Source: an uncultured Verrucomicrobiota bacterium (GTDB lineage: Bacteria > Verrucomicrobiota > Kiritimatiellia > RFP12 > UBA1067). Taken from it: a DNA stretch of 32,723 nt. This document shows positions 5,851 to 14,445 of this stretch, one piece after another. Location of the stretch: NCBI GenBank assembly GCA_947305585.1, contig CAMZDY010000002.1:1-32723 (forward strand), in the 5' to 3' direction. Both the position numbers and the translations under genes were made by a program. The notes beneath the pieces are model-generated. The model had not been told where the DNA came from. It was given only the letters and a program-made list of their open reading frames with translations, and made no database searches. How positions within the stretch are numbered: the stretch's first letter is position 1; the number at the start of each line of letters is the position of its first letter.

Positions 5851-7363
5851 TACCCAATCGATTTATCCGGTAATTCATCATCCGGGGCGAAACCCCCAGT
5901 TCCCGTCCCGCCGCGCTCCGGTTGCCCTTGTGACGCAATACGGCATCGCGCAAGATTCGCCTTTCAAAATCGGCCATTTGCGCATCGAGGCTCTTCCCCG
6001 GCGCGCCCGAAAATTGATTTTCGGCGAACTCCGGCAACTGCATCTGGGCGGGAAGATTGTAGCCGTGGATCATGTCGTCGCGAGTAGTGAGCACGGCCCG
6101 CTCGATGCAATTCTCCAGCTCGCGCACGTTCCCCGGCCATTTGTACGCAAGGAGCATGTTGACGGCCGGCGAGGTGATCCCGCGCACGTTCTTGCCGTAC
6201 TTGAGATTCATCTTCTTGATGAAATCCTCCGCCAGCAGCACCACGTCGCCCGACCGGTCCGCCAGATTCGGCAGCGTAATGGGGAAAACCGAAAGCCGGT
6301 AGTATAGGTCTTCGCGGAAAAGCTTCTGGGCCATCAGCTCCTCCAGGTTGCGCGAAGTGGCCGCGATGAACCTTACGTTGGAGCGGATTTCCTTGTTCGA
6401 TCCCACCCGGCTGAACGTGCGTTCCTGCAGGAACCGGAGAAGCTTGATCTGGACCGGAATCGAAAGGTCACCGATCTCGTCCAGGAATAGCGTTCCCCCG
6501 TCGGCCGCCTCGGCCCGTCCGATCCGCTGGGCGAAAGCGTCGGTGAAGGCCCCCTTCTCGTGGCCAAAGAGTTCGCTCTCGACGAGACTTTCCGGCAACG
6601 CCGCGCAGTTCAAGGTGACGAACGGCTTGTCGCGCCGGTGCGAAGCCGCCTGGATGGCCCGCGCCACCAGCTCCTTGCCCGTGCCAGAAGCGCCCCGGAT
6701 CAGCACCGTAGCCTCCGAAGGCGCCACCTGCCGCACCTGCTCGTACACCGAACGCATCTCCCGGCAGTTGCCGATCATCTCGCCCGGCCGGTCGTTGAGG
6801 ATCTCCTTGAGCCGCTTGTTCTCGTCGGTCAAAGCCGCGCGCTCCTCCACCTCGGCAAGGCACACCGCGGCCGCGTCGGCCGTGATATTGGCGATAATCT
6901 CCAAAAGCGCCACGTCCTTTTCCAGCGTGGAGGCGTTTTGATCCGTATTCTCGCGGTCCACCGACAAGGTTCCGATGACCTGTCCCAGATGGACGAGCGG
7001 AACGCAGATGAAGGAAAGGTTTTCGTTTCGGTCGCGCGCGCCGGTGCGGTTGAGAAAGCGCCGGTCGTTCCGGATGTCGCGCACCACTTCCGCCTTGCCG
7101 GTGCGCGCCACGGTGCCGGTGATGCCTTCGCCGAGACGATACCGGCCGAGCGAGCGCTCTTCCGCGTTGAGATCGTCGGTGGTGGCCTCGATGCGGAGCT
7201 CGTCGCCCTCGAGAAGCGTGATCGTGCCGCGCAGCATGCCCATACGGTCATGCAGCACCGCGATCATCTTTTCGAGCAGCCGCCTCACGTCCCGTTCGGA
7301 AACGAGCGTGCGCGACACCTCTTGCAGCACGGAAATCTCCGGCGAGAGCGAGATGTCGTTCAT
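5828..7363 (-). CDS. Sigma-54-dependent transcriptional activator with N-terminal GAF-like domain (NifA-like architecture)
   Basis: 511 aa. Walker A GASGTGKE, Walker B LFLDEIGDL, sigma-54 contact loop GHEKGAFTDA, and C-terminal Fis-type HTH AAGRELGVSPRMMNYRINRLGI. ATGA overlap with the upstream gene at 7363-7360. Confidence 0.85.
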   Translation of the reverse strand: MNDISLSPEISVLQEVSRTLVSERDVRRLLEKMIAVLHDRMGMLRGTITLLEGDELRIEATTDDLNAEERSLGRYRLGEGITGTVARTGKAEVVRDIRNDRRFLNRTGARDRNENLSFICVPLVHLGQVIGTLSVDRENTDQNASTLEKDVALLEIIANITADAAAVCLAEVEERAALTDENKRLKEILNDRPGEMIGNCREMRSVYEQVRQVAPSEATVLIRGASGTGKELVARAIQAASHRRDKPFVTLNCAALPESLVESELFGHEKGAFTDAFAQRIGRAEAADGGTLFLDEIGDLSIPVQIKLLRFLQERTFSRVGSNKEIRSNVRFIAATSRNLEELMAQKLFREDLYYRLSVFPITLPNLADRSGDVVLLAEDFIKKMNLKYGKNVRGITSPAVNMLLAYKWPGNVRELENCIERAVLTTRDDMIHGYNLPAQMQLPEFAENQFSGAPGKSLDAQMADFERRILRDAVLRHKGNRSAAGRELGVSPRMMNYRINRLGIDFSAEI

Positions 7364-8022
7364 TTCAACGTGTCGTACAGTTCCTGCGCGTACTCCCGGA
7401 GCTTAACTTTCTCCTGGGCGATCGCCTCGGGCACCTCGAGTTCGTCGATCTCCTTGAGCAGCGCTTCCACCTTGGGCTTGCCGAACTTCTTCACGGCCGC
7501 CATTCCGCCTCCGAACTTCTGCTTGTAGAGCTTGTTCAGCTTGGGGATGAGCGCGTCGAACTTGGCGGCGATGGGCATGATGTACTTGTCGATGTCGGCC
7601 TGGTTGGCCTTGAGATAATCGATCGTCTTCACGTAGTTTTCCGCCCCGCCCTTTTCGTAGCCGAGACGGCTGATCACCTTGCCGTCCGCATCCAGGATGA
7701 AGCAGGACGGAAAGCCGCGCACCTTGTACTCATCGCACACGGCCTGGTTGTGCTCGCGGGCCCAGTCGGAAAGGATCGTCTTGTCCTGCGGCATGTCGAT
7801 GAACACGAGCTCGTACCCCGACATCTTCTCGCGGAAGATTTGCGAGGAAAGCACCTCCTGCTCCAGCCGTATGCACCAGCCGCACCAGTCGCTCCCCGAG
7901 CAGACCATGAATACGTTCTTGCCGTTCGCCTTGGCGGATTCAAGCGCCTTGGGCAGATTGTCGGTAAAGCCGACCGGCGTGGAACTCGCCGCCAGCATCA
8001 ATGCGCAGATGAGGGCCGTCAT
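7360..8022 (-). CDS. Exported thioredoxin-fold protein (WCGWC active site)
   Basis: The start is taken at MTALICALMLAASS (signal-like), 1 nt after the upstream stop. Redox motif GSDWCGWC. The C-terminal part looks helical. Confidence 0.7.
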   Translation of the reverse strand: MTALICALMLAASSTPVGFTDNLPKALESAKANGKNVFMVCSGSDWCGWCIRLEQEVLSSQIFREKMSGYELVFIDMPQDKTILSDWAREHNQAVCDEYKVRGFPSCFILDADGKVISRLGYEKGGAENYVKTIDYLKANQADIDKYIMPIAAKFDALIPKLNKLYKQKFGGGMAAVKKFGKPKVEALLKEIDELEVPEAIAQEKVKLREYAQELYDTLK

Positions 8023-8023
8023 C

Positions 8024-9367
8024 TTACTCGGCCCCCAGGCAAAGTCCGGTTTCCTTGATGCCGGCCGCATCAAGCGCGTAGGCGGGATCGATCTCGATCG
8101 CCACGTCCTTGCGCACCAAGACCCCCGCTTCCGCCAGCGCCTTGGCCCACTTTTCCTGCATGTCCGCCTTGCAGGTGGCGGGCGAGTCGCCGCCTTCCGC
8201 GTTCTTCACGGGGCTGAACTCGTCCTTCTGGTCGAACGCCAGGAACGCCGCCGTCTTGGCGTTGGGCAGAATGTCGAAGATGAACTTCTCGAACTTGTAG
8301 CCGTTGGGTTCGGCGGGTTTCACCACCTTGCCCTTTTCGTCCACGACCGGGATCTTCTTGAACGCCAGATGAAGCGGCATGGGCCGGCCGGCCTCGCGCT
8401 CCAGGAAGGCGCGGTCGAACACATGGATGGCGGGCGAACCATAGAGGAAGTACAGCTTGCCGTCCTTGGCCTTGCGCGTGCACTGCTCCTTCGTCATCTC
8501 GGTATACTCCACCATGCGGTACTGCGCGCCGAACTTCATCGGCATGCCCACCTTCTCGAACGGGTCGCGCTTGGCGCAGAGCTTGAGCGAATATTCGCTC
8601 TTCATGTTCACGTGGTAGCCGATGAATGCAGGATCGGCGATTTCGACCAGGGGATTGTCCACCTGGAAGAAAAAGACGCTCTTGATGCCGCGCTTCTTCA
8701 TGTCTTTGAGCGCGCCCGACTTCTTGAGCGCCGCCAAAAGCCCGCCATGGCCGTCGGGCGACATGAAGACGTGCCCGGGCTGGTCGAGAATGATCTTGCC
8801 TTCGGCCGTCATGCCCGGCCACATGCCCTGGGTGAAGAAGAACACGTCCTTGGGATCGAGCCCGAAGTAGTTGTTCTTCTCAAAGCATTCCACCGTGGCG
8901 GCGGTGTTCGCTTCCGACGTCATCACGTAGAAGGGAATCGGCTTCCCGTAGCGGTTGCCCCGCGCCAGGATCTTGCGCGCATGGAAATAGAAAAGCGGCG
9001 CATTGGTGATAGGCCCGATCGGATAGCAGCCCTTGGGGCCTTCGAACCCGAGACGCGAGCCCTGACCGCCAGCCACCAGCAAGGCCGCCACGCGTCCGGC
9101 TTTGAGTTCCGCTTCGCCTGCGGCCACCGCCTCCTTGAGCGCCTTGCCCTTCAGCACCGCCACCTTGGGCGCGGTGCCCTTCGAGTTGTCCACCGCCGCG
9201 GTTCCGGCCTTGAGCGCCGCCTGGCAGTACTTGACGTTCTTGGGCTCGATCTTGGCGATTTGGGCGAGGAGCGCCTCCTGTTCCGGTTTCTTCAGCTTGC
9301 CGTAGAACTTGAGCACATGCTCCTGTCCGCAGCTCTTCAGCATCTTCTCCGCTTCTTGGATGGTCAT
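8024..9367 (-). CDS. UDPGP-family UDP-sugar pyrophosphorylase (eukaryote-type UDP-N-acetylglucosamine pyrophosphorylase-like)
   Basis: 447 aa, from MTIQEAEKML with AAGGAG 7 nt upstream. Signature LVAGGQGSRLGFEGPKG. The ORF-track extension up to 10000 is Arg/Gly-rich and overlaps the lpxL-like gene. ATGA overlap at 9367-9364. Confidence 0.8.
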   Translation of the reverse strand: MTIQEAEKMLKSCGQEHVLKFYGKLKKPEQEALLAQIAKIEPKNVKYCQAALKAGTAAVDNSKGTAPKVAVLKGKALKEAVAAGEAELKAGRVAALLVAGGQGSRLGFEGPKGCYPIGPITNAPLFYFHARKILARGNRYGKPIPFYVMTSEANTAATVECFEKNNYFGLDPKDVFFFTQGMWPGMTAEGKIILDQPGHVFMSPDGHGGLLAALKKSGALKDMKKRGIKSVFFFQVDNPLVEIADPAFIGYHVNMKSEYSLKLCAKRDPFEKVGMPMKFGAQYRMVEYTEMTKEQCTRKAKDGKLYFLYGSPAIHVFDRAFLEREAGRPMPLHLAFKKIPVVDEKGKVVKPAEPNGYKFEKFIFDILPNAKTAAFLAFDQKDEFSPVKNAEGGDSPATCKADMQEKWAKALAEAGVLVRKDVAIEIDPAYALDAAGIKETGLCLGAE

Positions 9368-10284
9368 GGTGTTTCTCCTTGTGTTTTTTTCCAGTTCCAG
9401 TAGTCGTGCACAGGCTCCAGAATCCAGCGTTTGTTGTACCAGAACCAGTCGCCCGGATGTTTCATGATGTGCTCCGACAAAATCCTCATCGCCTCTTGGG
9501 TGAGCTCCTGCGCCGTCTTGCCTTCCGGCCGGAGCGTCGCAAGGTGGTTGAACGCGTGCTTGCCGCCCCGGCGCTCCATCGCCGCCAGCACGATGGGCGA
9601 ACCGCACTTGACCGCGAACATGCACGCTCCGTGCGACACGTTCGCCTTGTGGCCCAGAAAGTCGGTTTCCGTATCCGGCGTGGGGACGCGCAAGTCCGGC
9701 AATATGGCGAACGCCCGTCCGCCCTGCAGATAATCCTTGATGCGGTTGAGCGTGCCGTGTTCGCTCCGGCAGAGAACCTCGATATCGCCATATTGGCGAT
9801 TCATCCACTCGTTTATCTTGGGGTTGCGCTGCCTGGCCGCGATGGCGAAGAGCGGCAGCCCGTACTTGGCCATCGACCACGCCGCCATGTACCAGTTGCC
9901 GGAATGCGGCACCATGATCACCACGCCCTTGCCCTCGTCCACGTACGCCTGCAGCTTGGCCTTGTATCCCGCGCCGTCGATCACATGCTCGTCCATCCAC
10001 TGGCGCGTCAACTTGGGCGCGCGGATCATCTCCACCGCGTTCCCGATGACGTTGTAGAGCGAATCTACGGCGATTGCGAGCTTCCCGCGCTCGTCCAGAT
10101 CCGGAAACACCTGGGCGATCCGTCCGAACGTGCGGGCGCGCTGAAATTTGAACACCCGTACCGCCAAAACCGCCAAACCACGCGCCATCGCCATCGCAAT
10201 CCGGTATGGAATGACATTCACCAGCGCACAGGCTGTCCTGAGCGCATAGTATTCGAAATTTACGGCCGCACGGCTCTTTCTCAT
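9364..10284 (-). CDS. LpxL/HtrB-type lipid A late acyltransferase family (lysophospholipid acyltransferase superfamily)
   Basis: 306 aa. N-terminal membrane anchor, an HSGNW motif in VPHSGNWYMAAW, and the length and layout of the family. The ATG lies 12 nt from the P5 -10 box. Confidence 0.65.
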   Translation of the reverse strand: MRKSRAAVNFEYYALRTACALVNVIPYRIAMAMARGLAVLAVRVFKFQRARTFGRIAQVFPDLDERGKLAIAVDSLYNVIGNAVEMIRAPKLTRQWMDEHVIDGAGYKAKLQAYVDEGKGVVIMVPHSGNWYMAAWSMAKYGLPLFAIAARQRNPKINEWMNRQYGDIEVLCRSEHGTLNRIKDYLQGGRAFAILPDLRVPTPDTETDFLGHKANVSHGACMFAVKCGSPIVLAAMERRGGKHAFNHLATLRPEGKTAQELTQEAMRILSEHIMKHPGDWFWYNKRWILEPVHDYWNWKKTQGETP

Positions 10285-10296
10285 ATTGTTACGTAT

Positions 10297-10325
10297 ATTA
10301 TATCATATTTTCCCGCGAAAAGCAA
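10297..10325 (-). promoter_or_regulatory. Promoter P5 (TTGCTT-N17-TATAAT, TGA extended -10), leaderless geometry
   Basis: Sense strand reads TTGCTT ttcgcgggaaaatatga TATAAT. The ATG at 10284 is 12 nt downstream with no SD. Confidence 0.7.
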
Positions 10326-10369
10326 CAGAAAAATACCGCGCGCCGACTTTTTCGCGGAATCGCATCTGC

Positions 10370-13360
10370 TCAGCGGGCGTTCAGGGCCGCTTTGCGCTTC
10401 TCTTTCCAGAATTTGAGAAAATCGGCTTCCACATCACGGTCTTGCACCGCTTGCCAGGCGACCTTGGTGGCTTCGAGCGCGTCCATTCCTCCTGCGACCA
10501 GTTCCAGATACTTCGGCAATATGTTGCGATAGGCTTCGAAGCGCGGCGAAGTGTACGCGCCCTTTTCCAGAAAATAGACGAGCGCCCACGCGGTGCAATA
10601 GTTGAGTCCGACTTTGGTCTGATCGCCGCCATAGAACTCATCGCGCGACATGCCCAGCACCTTCCGGATGTGGGCGGCGTACAGCTGCGGATTGCGATCC
10701 ACCGCCTTGGCGCGATTGCCCTGATCGGTTATCTTGACCGTATTCTGGGCGGAGTTGTACTTGACGTTCTCGAAAAAGCAGGCGTGGCCTTCATTGAACC
10801 AGGTGGCGTGACGGCCCTCTACGGCATAATGCAGATACTGGTGGAAAGCCTCGTGCCGCATGGTGTTGAGCGCCTGCTGACGGTCTTCTGCCGTCACCAG
10901 CAGTTCCTCCCGGGCGGGCGACCACAATCCGATGCTCCATTCCATGTCGCAATCGACGGATTTCAGATACTCGTCGTATCCGGACTTGGACTTGAACACC
11001 CTCACCGTGCACACTCCCACCTTGTTTTTGGGCGGCACGTAGAACTCGTAGCTCTTGCGCATCGCCTCCATGAGGCGCATCGTGTCGGTGACGAACTTGC
11101 CGCCTTTGGCCTTGTCGAGATCGGTCATGAATTTGTAATGGTCGTTTTCCGCCGTCCACCACTTCATGGCCGAATACGCCGTATTCATGCCGGTTGTCTT
11201 GTCGGAGAGCGACGCGGCCGCATCTTTCAGCAGCCGCTCGGCCGCCGCATCCGAAACCTGCTCGGCGAAATTGAAGTCGATATAGTATTCGGTTCCGTCC
11301 GGCATCGTGCGCCGCGTTTTGTGCCGCACCCCCTCGCCCCACGGATACCTGTCCGGACGCGCCAGCCGCATTTCGTTGCCTTGCTTGTCGCGCCACATCC
11401 CCACCAGCTCCTTGGCATAGGCTACTTCCGTTTCGTCGTACACCTTTTCGGTGCGCCGCTCCGAACCCCGGGTGTAGACCCTCGTCCGGGCCGCGGGGGT
11501 GGGCGGCGGTATGCCGTGCGAATGCGCCAGCACCTTGAGTTTCACCCGCCCTTCGTCCGTAAGTTCGTATTGTCCTGAGAGCATCGGTTTGGCGTAGAGG
11601 GGCGAACCGGCCAGACACAATAGCAGCACCGCCACCATCGCTTTCATGGCGGGGAAGGAGAGAATCGAACGCCGGAACGCGCTCGATTTCGATTCGGCGG
11701 CGAGCCGGCGGAACTGCTCGGACGGTTTTTCCAGTTCGCTCAGACACAAGTTGCTGGTGCGCTGGACGGGCAGATACTCGATCCATTTCACCGGCACGTC
11801 GTGCCAATCGCCGTCATCGCCGTAGACCGACTTGTACTCCGTCCGTTCGACGCCTTCAAAGCCGTGCGCGGTGACCGCGATCGTGCTCTCGCCCTCTTTC
11901 CGATCCACTACGTTCGTCTTGAGTATGCTCCGGGTGACGCAACGCGGATGCTCGAACCGCTTTTCGCCGTGATAGTTGGCCACCGCCTCATGCTCCCAGA
12001 ACGCCGACGCCTTGCGCTCCAGCACGTCTTTCCAGATTTCCTCGTGCGTGCGCGTCTGCTGGTAGAGCGGAATCGACAGCAAAGGCGCCATCGCGAAATA
12101 TATGTCCTTGAAATACCGCTCGTTGAACGCCATGAAAAAGCTCTCGGCTTCGTCGAAGTCCCAATTGCGGAACTGCGCGGGGTCGGTATTGATCGTACCC
12201 TCGTCCAGATGCTGCGAAAAAAGCAGATTGATCTTGCACTGTTTGAGAAAGACGAAATCGTCGCCACAGCCGACCGCATGGTCCTTCATCAAATCCAGCA
12301 TCTGGCGCTGGGCGACCGGCGTGAACAGGAGACGGAACTCCACCTCGTCGTCGCGGTCTTTGGCGTGGAACCACGTTTCGAACTCGTGATTGCCCATCAA
12401 GGTGAAGTTCGACTCGTCCTTGAGGTTGCGCGAATACGCCTTGAGCCGGCTGAGCCGCCACTTCTTGCGCAACTTCCCCATCAGCTCGTTCTCCTTGCCG
12501 GTGAGGCCGGATGGTTCGCGGGAGAAAGTGAGATTGGGCGCGGCGTCGTTGCCGTAGACGAGGAACTTCTGCTCGCTGTAAACCGGGATGGGCTTCTTGA
12601 CGTACGCATGGAGCGTCTGGTGGCGGTAGACCCTGCGGCGTTTGCCGTCCGAATCCTCCTCCCATTCCGTCCAGGTTATCCGGAGCGTGCCCTCGTACGT
12701 CTTTTCGCCCCATTCCATGTCCAGATAGTGCCCGAACGCGAACGGATTGCCGTTGATGACGCCCGACTGGGCGAATATCATCGATTTGCCGGCGTTGAAG
12801 GAATCGTCCCATCCGAACTGGCGATGGAGATCCTCCAGGCGTTCCGCCGTGAAATACGGATCGAACTGGAGTTTGGGGACCGTCGCTTCAATGAGACGCA
12901 CCGGAATATCCCAGGTATAGAGCCGGTTGAGCGGTTCCATCTGCGCCCACGCCTCGGACTTTTTGGCGGCGATGCGCGCGTTGAGTTTCTCCAGCAGTTC
13001 CGAAGCCGACCGGAACGGCGAAATCGATGCAACGCCTGTCGCACATCCGGCCAAAATCCCTGCGATCCAGCGATACCGGTCGGGGCCCTGGAATCCGTCC
13101 ACTGCAAGCGCCCACACCAGCGCCACGCCGGCCCCGACGAAGGCGAGCGTCATGAGAACGCAAAAAAACGTCTTCCGGTTGCCTGCGCGGCGGGCCTGGC
13201 TCTGCAGATTCTTGATTACGCCCGCCAACGCGCGATTGGCGTCGATATCCACCCCCGACCGCTCCGTCAACTCGCGGAACTTTTCGCGCGCCATCCGGGC
13301 GAACTTGGCCTTGAATTCGTCGCGGTAGCGGACCAGCGGTTCGTAGACGTCTTCGATCAA
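10370..13360 (-). CDS. Large three-TM fusion protein: N-terminal TM hairpin, about 560-aa central domain, internal signal-like TM, C-terminal DUF1570-like HExxH domain
   Basis: There is no stop codon between 13897 and 10370. The start is most likely TTG 13360, overlapping the LemA stop as TTGA with AGAGG upstream; the alternative is ATG 13294. TM1 FFCVLMTLAFVGAGVALVWALAV. TM2 WIAGILAGCATGVASISPF. TM3 MKAMVAVLLLCLAGSPLYA (11647-11591). HEAFHQ at 10855-10838, followed by WFNEGHACFFE. Confidence 0.7.
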   Translation of the reverse strand: MIEDVYEPLVRYRDEFKAKFARMAREKFRELTERSGVDIDANRALAGVIKNLQSQARRAGNRKTFFCVLMTLAFVGAGVALVWALAVDGFQGPDRYRWIAGILAGCATGVASISPFRSASELLEKLNARIAAKKSEAWAQMEPLNRLYTWDIPVRLIEATVPKLQFDPYFTAERLEDLHRQFGWDDSFNAGKSMIFAQSGVINGNPFAFGHYLDMEWGEKTYEGTLRITWTEWEEDSDGKRRRVYRHQTLHAYVKKPIPVYSEQKFLVYGNDAAPNLTFSREPSGLTGKENELMGKLRKKWRLSRLKAYSRNLKDESNFTLMGNHEFETWFHAKDRDDEVEFRLLFTPVAQRQMLDLMKDHAVGCGDDFVFLKQCKINLLFSQHLDEGTINTDPAQFRNWDFDEAESFFMAFNERYFKDIYFAMAPLLSIPLYQQTRTHEEIWKDVLERKASAFWEHEAVANYHGEKRFEHPRCVTRSILKTNVVDRKEGESTIAVTAHGFEGVERTEYKSVYGDDGDWHDVPVKWIEYLPVQRTSNLCLSELEKPSEQFRRLAAESKSSAFRRSILSFPAMKAMVAVLLLCLAGSPLYAKPMLSGQYELTDEGRVKLKVLAHSHGIPPPTPAARTRVYTRGSERRTEKVYDETEVAYAKELVGMWRDKQGNEMRLARPDRYPWGEGVRHKTRRTMPDGTEYYIDFNFAEQVSDAAAERLLKDAAASLSDKTTGMNTAYSAMKWWTAENDHYKFMTDLDKAKGGKFVTDTMRLMEAMRKSYEFYVPPKNKVGVCTVRVFKSKSGYDEYLKSVDCDMEWSIGLWSPAREELLVTAEDRQQALNTMRHEAFHQYLHYAVEGRHATWFNEGHACFFENVKYNSAQNTVKITDQGNRAKAVDRNPQLYAAHIRKVLGMSRDEFYGGDQTKVGLNYCTAWALVYFLEKGAYTSPRFEAYRNILPKYLELVAGGMDALEATKVAWQAVQDRDVEADFLKFWKEKRKAALNAR

Positions 13361-14019
13361 AAGAACGTACCTCTGGCCTGGGCCTTCACTTCGGCCGAGG
13401 CGGTGAACGGAATGCGCGTGGTGTAGCCGGCCTGCGCCGCCACGATCTGCTTGGTGGGCCAATCGAACACGTCGGTGTTCCACTGCATGATGGAATCGTT
13501 GTAGAGCGAACGGGCGGCCGTGATCTCTTTCTGGAGATAGCTGTTCTGCTGGATGGCGTCGGCGATGGCGGCATGGGCCTTGAGTTCGGGGTAGGCCTCG
13601 ACCTGCGGGAACAGTCGGCCGAAACATCCGTCGATCTGGCTGGCCACCTGATTGCGTTCGGCGTCGGGCAGATGTCCGCCCCGGAACGCCGCCACCGCCT
13701 TCATCACATCCTTGTCCAGATCCACCGCCTTCTCCACCAGCTTGGCCAGATTCTGGAGGATGACGACGCGCTGTTCGAGATAGTTGTCGATGGTGGACGC
13801 ATCCGCCTGGATCTTCTGCTGCAACTGGCGGAAATAGTTCCTGGCGCCCACCTTCATGAAAAGGAACACAAGACCAGGTACGATTCCGAGGCACCACAGC
13901 ATGATTTCGAACAAGAGCGAGCCGAAGCCCACCTTGACCGGCAATTGCCGTTCGATCACGTTCACGTCGCGTCCGGCTCCGTTTACGGGACCGGTCATCT
14001 CATCAAGTTCGTTGGCCAT
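13357..14019 (-). CDS. lemA: LemA family protein
   Basis: 220 aa, from MANELDEM with AAGGA upstream. One TM (VGFGSLLFEIMLWCLGIVPGLVFLFM), then the LemA-like IDNYLEQRVVILQNLAKLVEKAVDLDKDVMKAVAAFR and AYPELKAHAAIADAIQ. Confidence 0.8.
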   Translation of the reverse strand: MANELDEMTGPVNGAGRDVNVIERQLPVKVGFGSLLFEIMLWCLGIVPGLVFLFMKVGARNYFRQLQQKIQADASTIDNYLEQRVVILQNLAKLVEKAVDLDKDVMKAVAAFRGGHLPDAERNQVASQIDGCFGRLFPQVEAYPELKAHAAIADAIQQNSYLQKEITAARSLYNDSIMQWNTDVFDWPTKQIVAAQAGYTTRIPFTASAEVKAQARGTFF

Positions 14020-14048
14020 TTTGCGGATCCTTTCGGTTGTTTTGAAGT

Positions 14049-14429
14049 TCAGAGTTTTGCGCGGTTGACGAAGTAGACCGCGCCGACCATGCAAAGAAAC
14101 GCCCAGAGATAGTCCCAGCGCCATTTCTCGCCCATGAAAAGCAGCATGAACGGCACGAATACGCAAACCGTGATCACCTCCTGGATGATCTTGAGCTGCG
14201 CCACGTTCAGCCCCGACGACGCCCCGAGCCGATTGGCCGGCACCGCGATCATGTATTCCAAAAGCGCGATCAGCCAACTGACGAGGATGATGGCCAAGAG
14301 CGGCCAGGACGACGAGCCCGGCTTCTGTAGCCGCAGATGCCAGTACCAGGCGAACGTCATGAAGAGGTTGCTGGAAACGAGCAGCGCTACGGTCACGATC
14401 ACGCCGGCGGTTTTGGAGAGCGGAAACAT
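14049..14429 (-). CDS. Small DMT-superfamily membrane protein (DUF486 type)
   Basis: 126 aa with four hydrophobic segments. The N-terminal SNLFMTFAWYWHLRL matches the characteristic FMTFAWYGHLK motif of this family. AAGGA lies upstream. Confidence 0.75.
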   Translation of the reverse strand: MFPLSKTAGVIVTVALLVSSNLFMTFAWYWHLRLQKPGSSSWPLLAIILVSWLIALLEYMIAVPANRLGASSGLNVAQLKIIQEVITVCVFVPFMLLFMGEKWRWDYLWAFLCMVGAVYFVNRAKL

Positions 14430-14445
14430 GGGAATGTCAGTCCTT

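Noticed and set aside
7679-9403. 574-aa plus-strand ORF. The same applies to 4743-5873, 11801-13426, 15759-17498, 19761-21437, 21352-22146, 22176-23183, 24296-25447 and 27343-28968.
   Set aside because: These are antisense shadow ORFs, typical of high-GC DNA. Their translations are Arg/Gly/Ala/His/Pro-rich with no family motifs. Each lies opposite a minus-strand ORF with clear family signatures, and none has a promoter cassette or an SD.
9368-10000. N-terminal extensions of track ORFs. Besides this one these are 15778-16884, 17010-17183, 18454-18879, 19158-19298, 22129-22512, 24315-24776, 25313-25975, 27344-28483 and 13361-13897.
   Set aside because: The extensions overlap the preceding well-supported gene and switch to Arg/Gly/Pro-rich junk. 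Each is followed by an internal Met with an SD or an ATGA junction, where family-typical N-termini begin.
10327-10357. Possible intrinsic terminator after the 996-aa gene: minus-strand CCGCG-N12-CGCGG followed by TATTTTTCT
   Set aside because: It has only a 5-bp stem with a 12-nt loop, and the T-run is part of the P5 -35 and spacer region. This is too weak to call without energy calculations or Term-seq.
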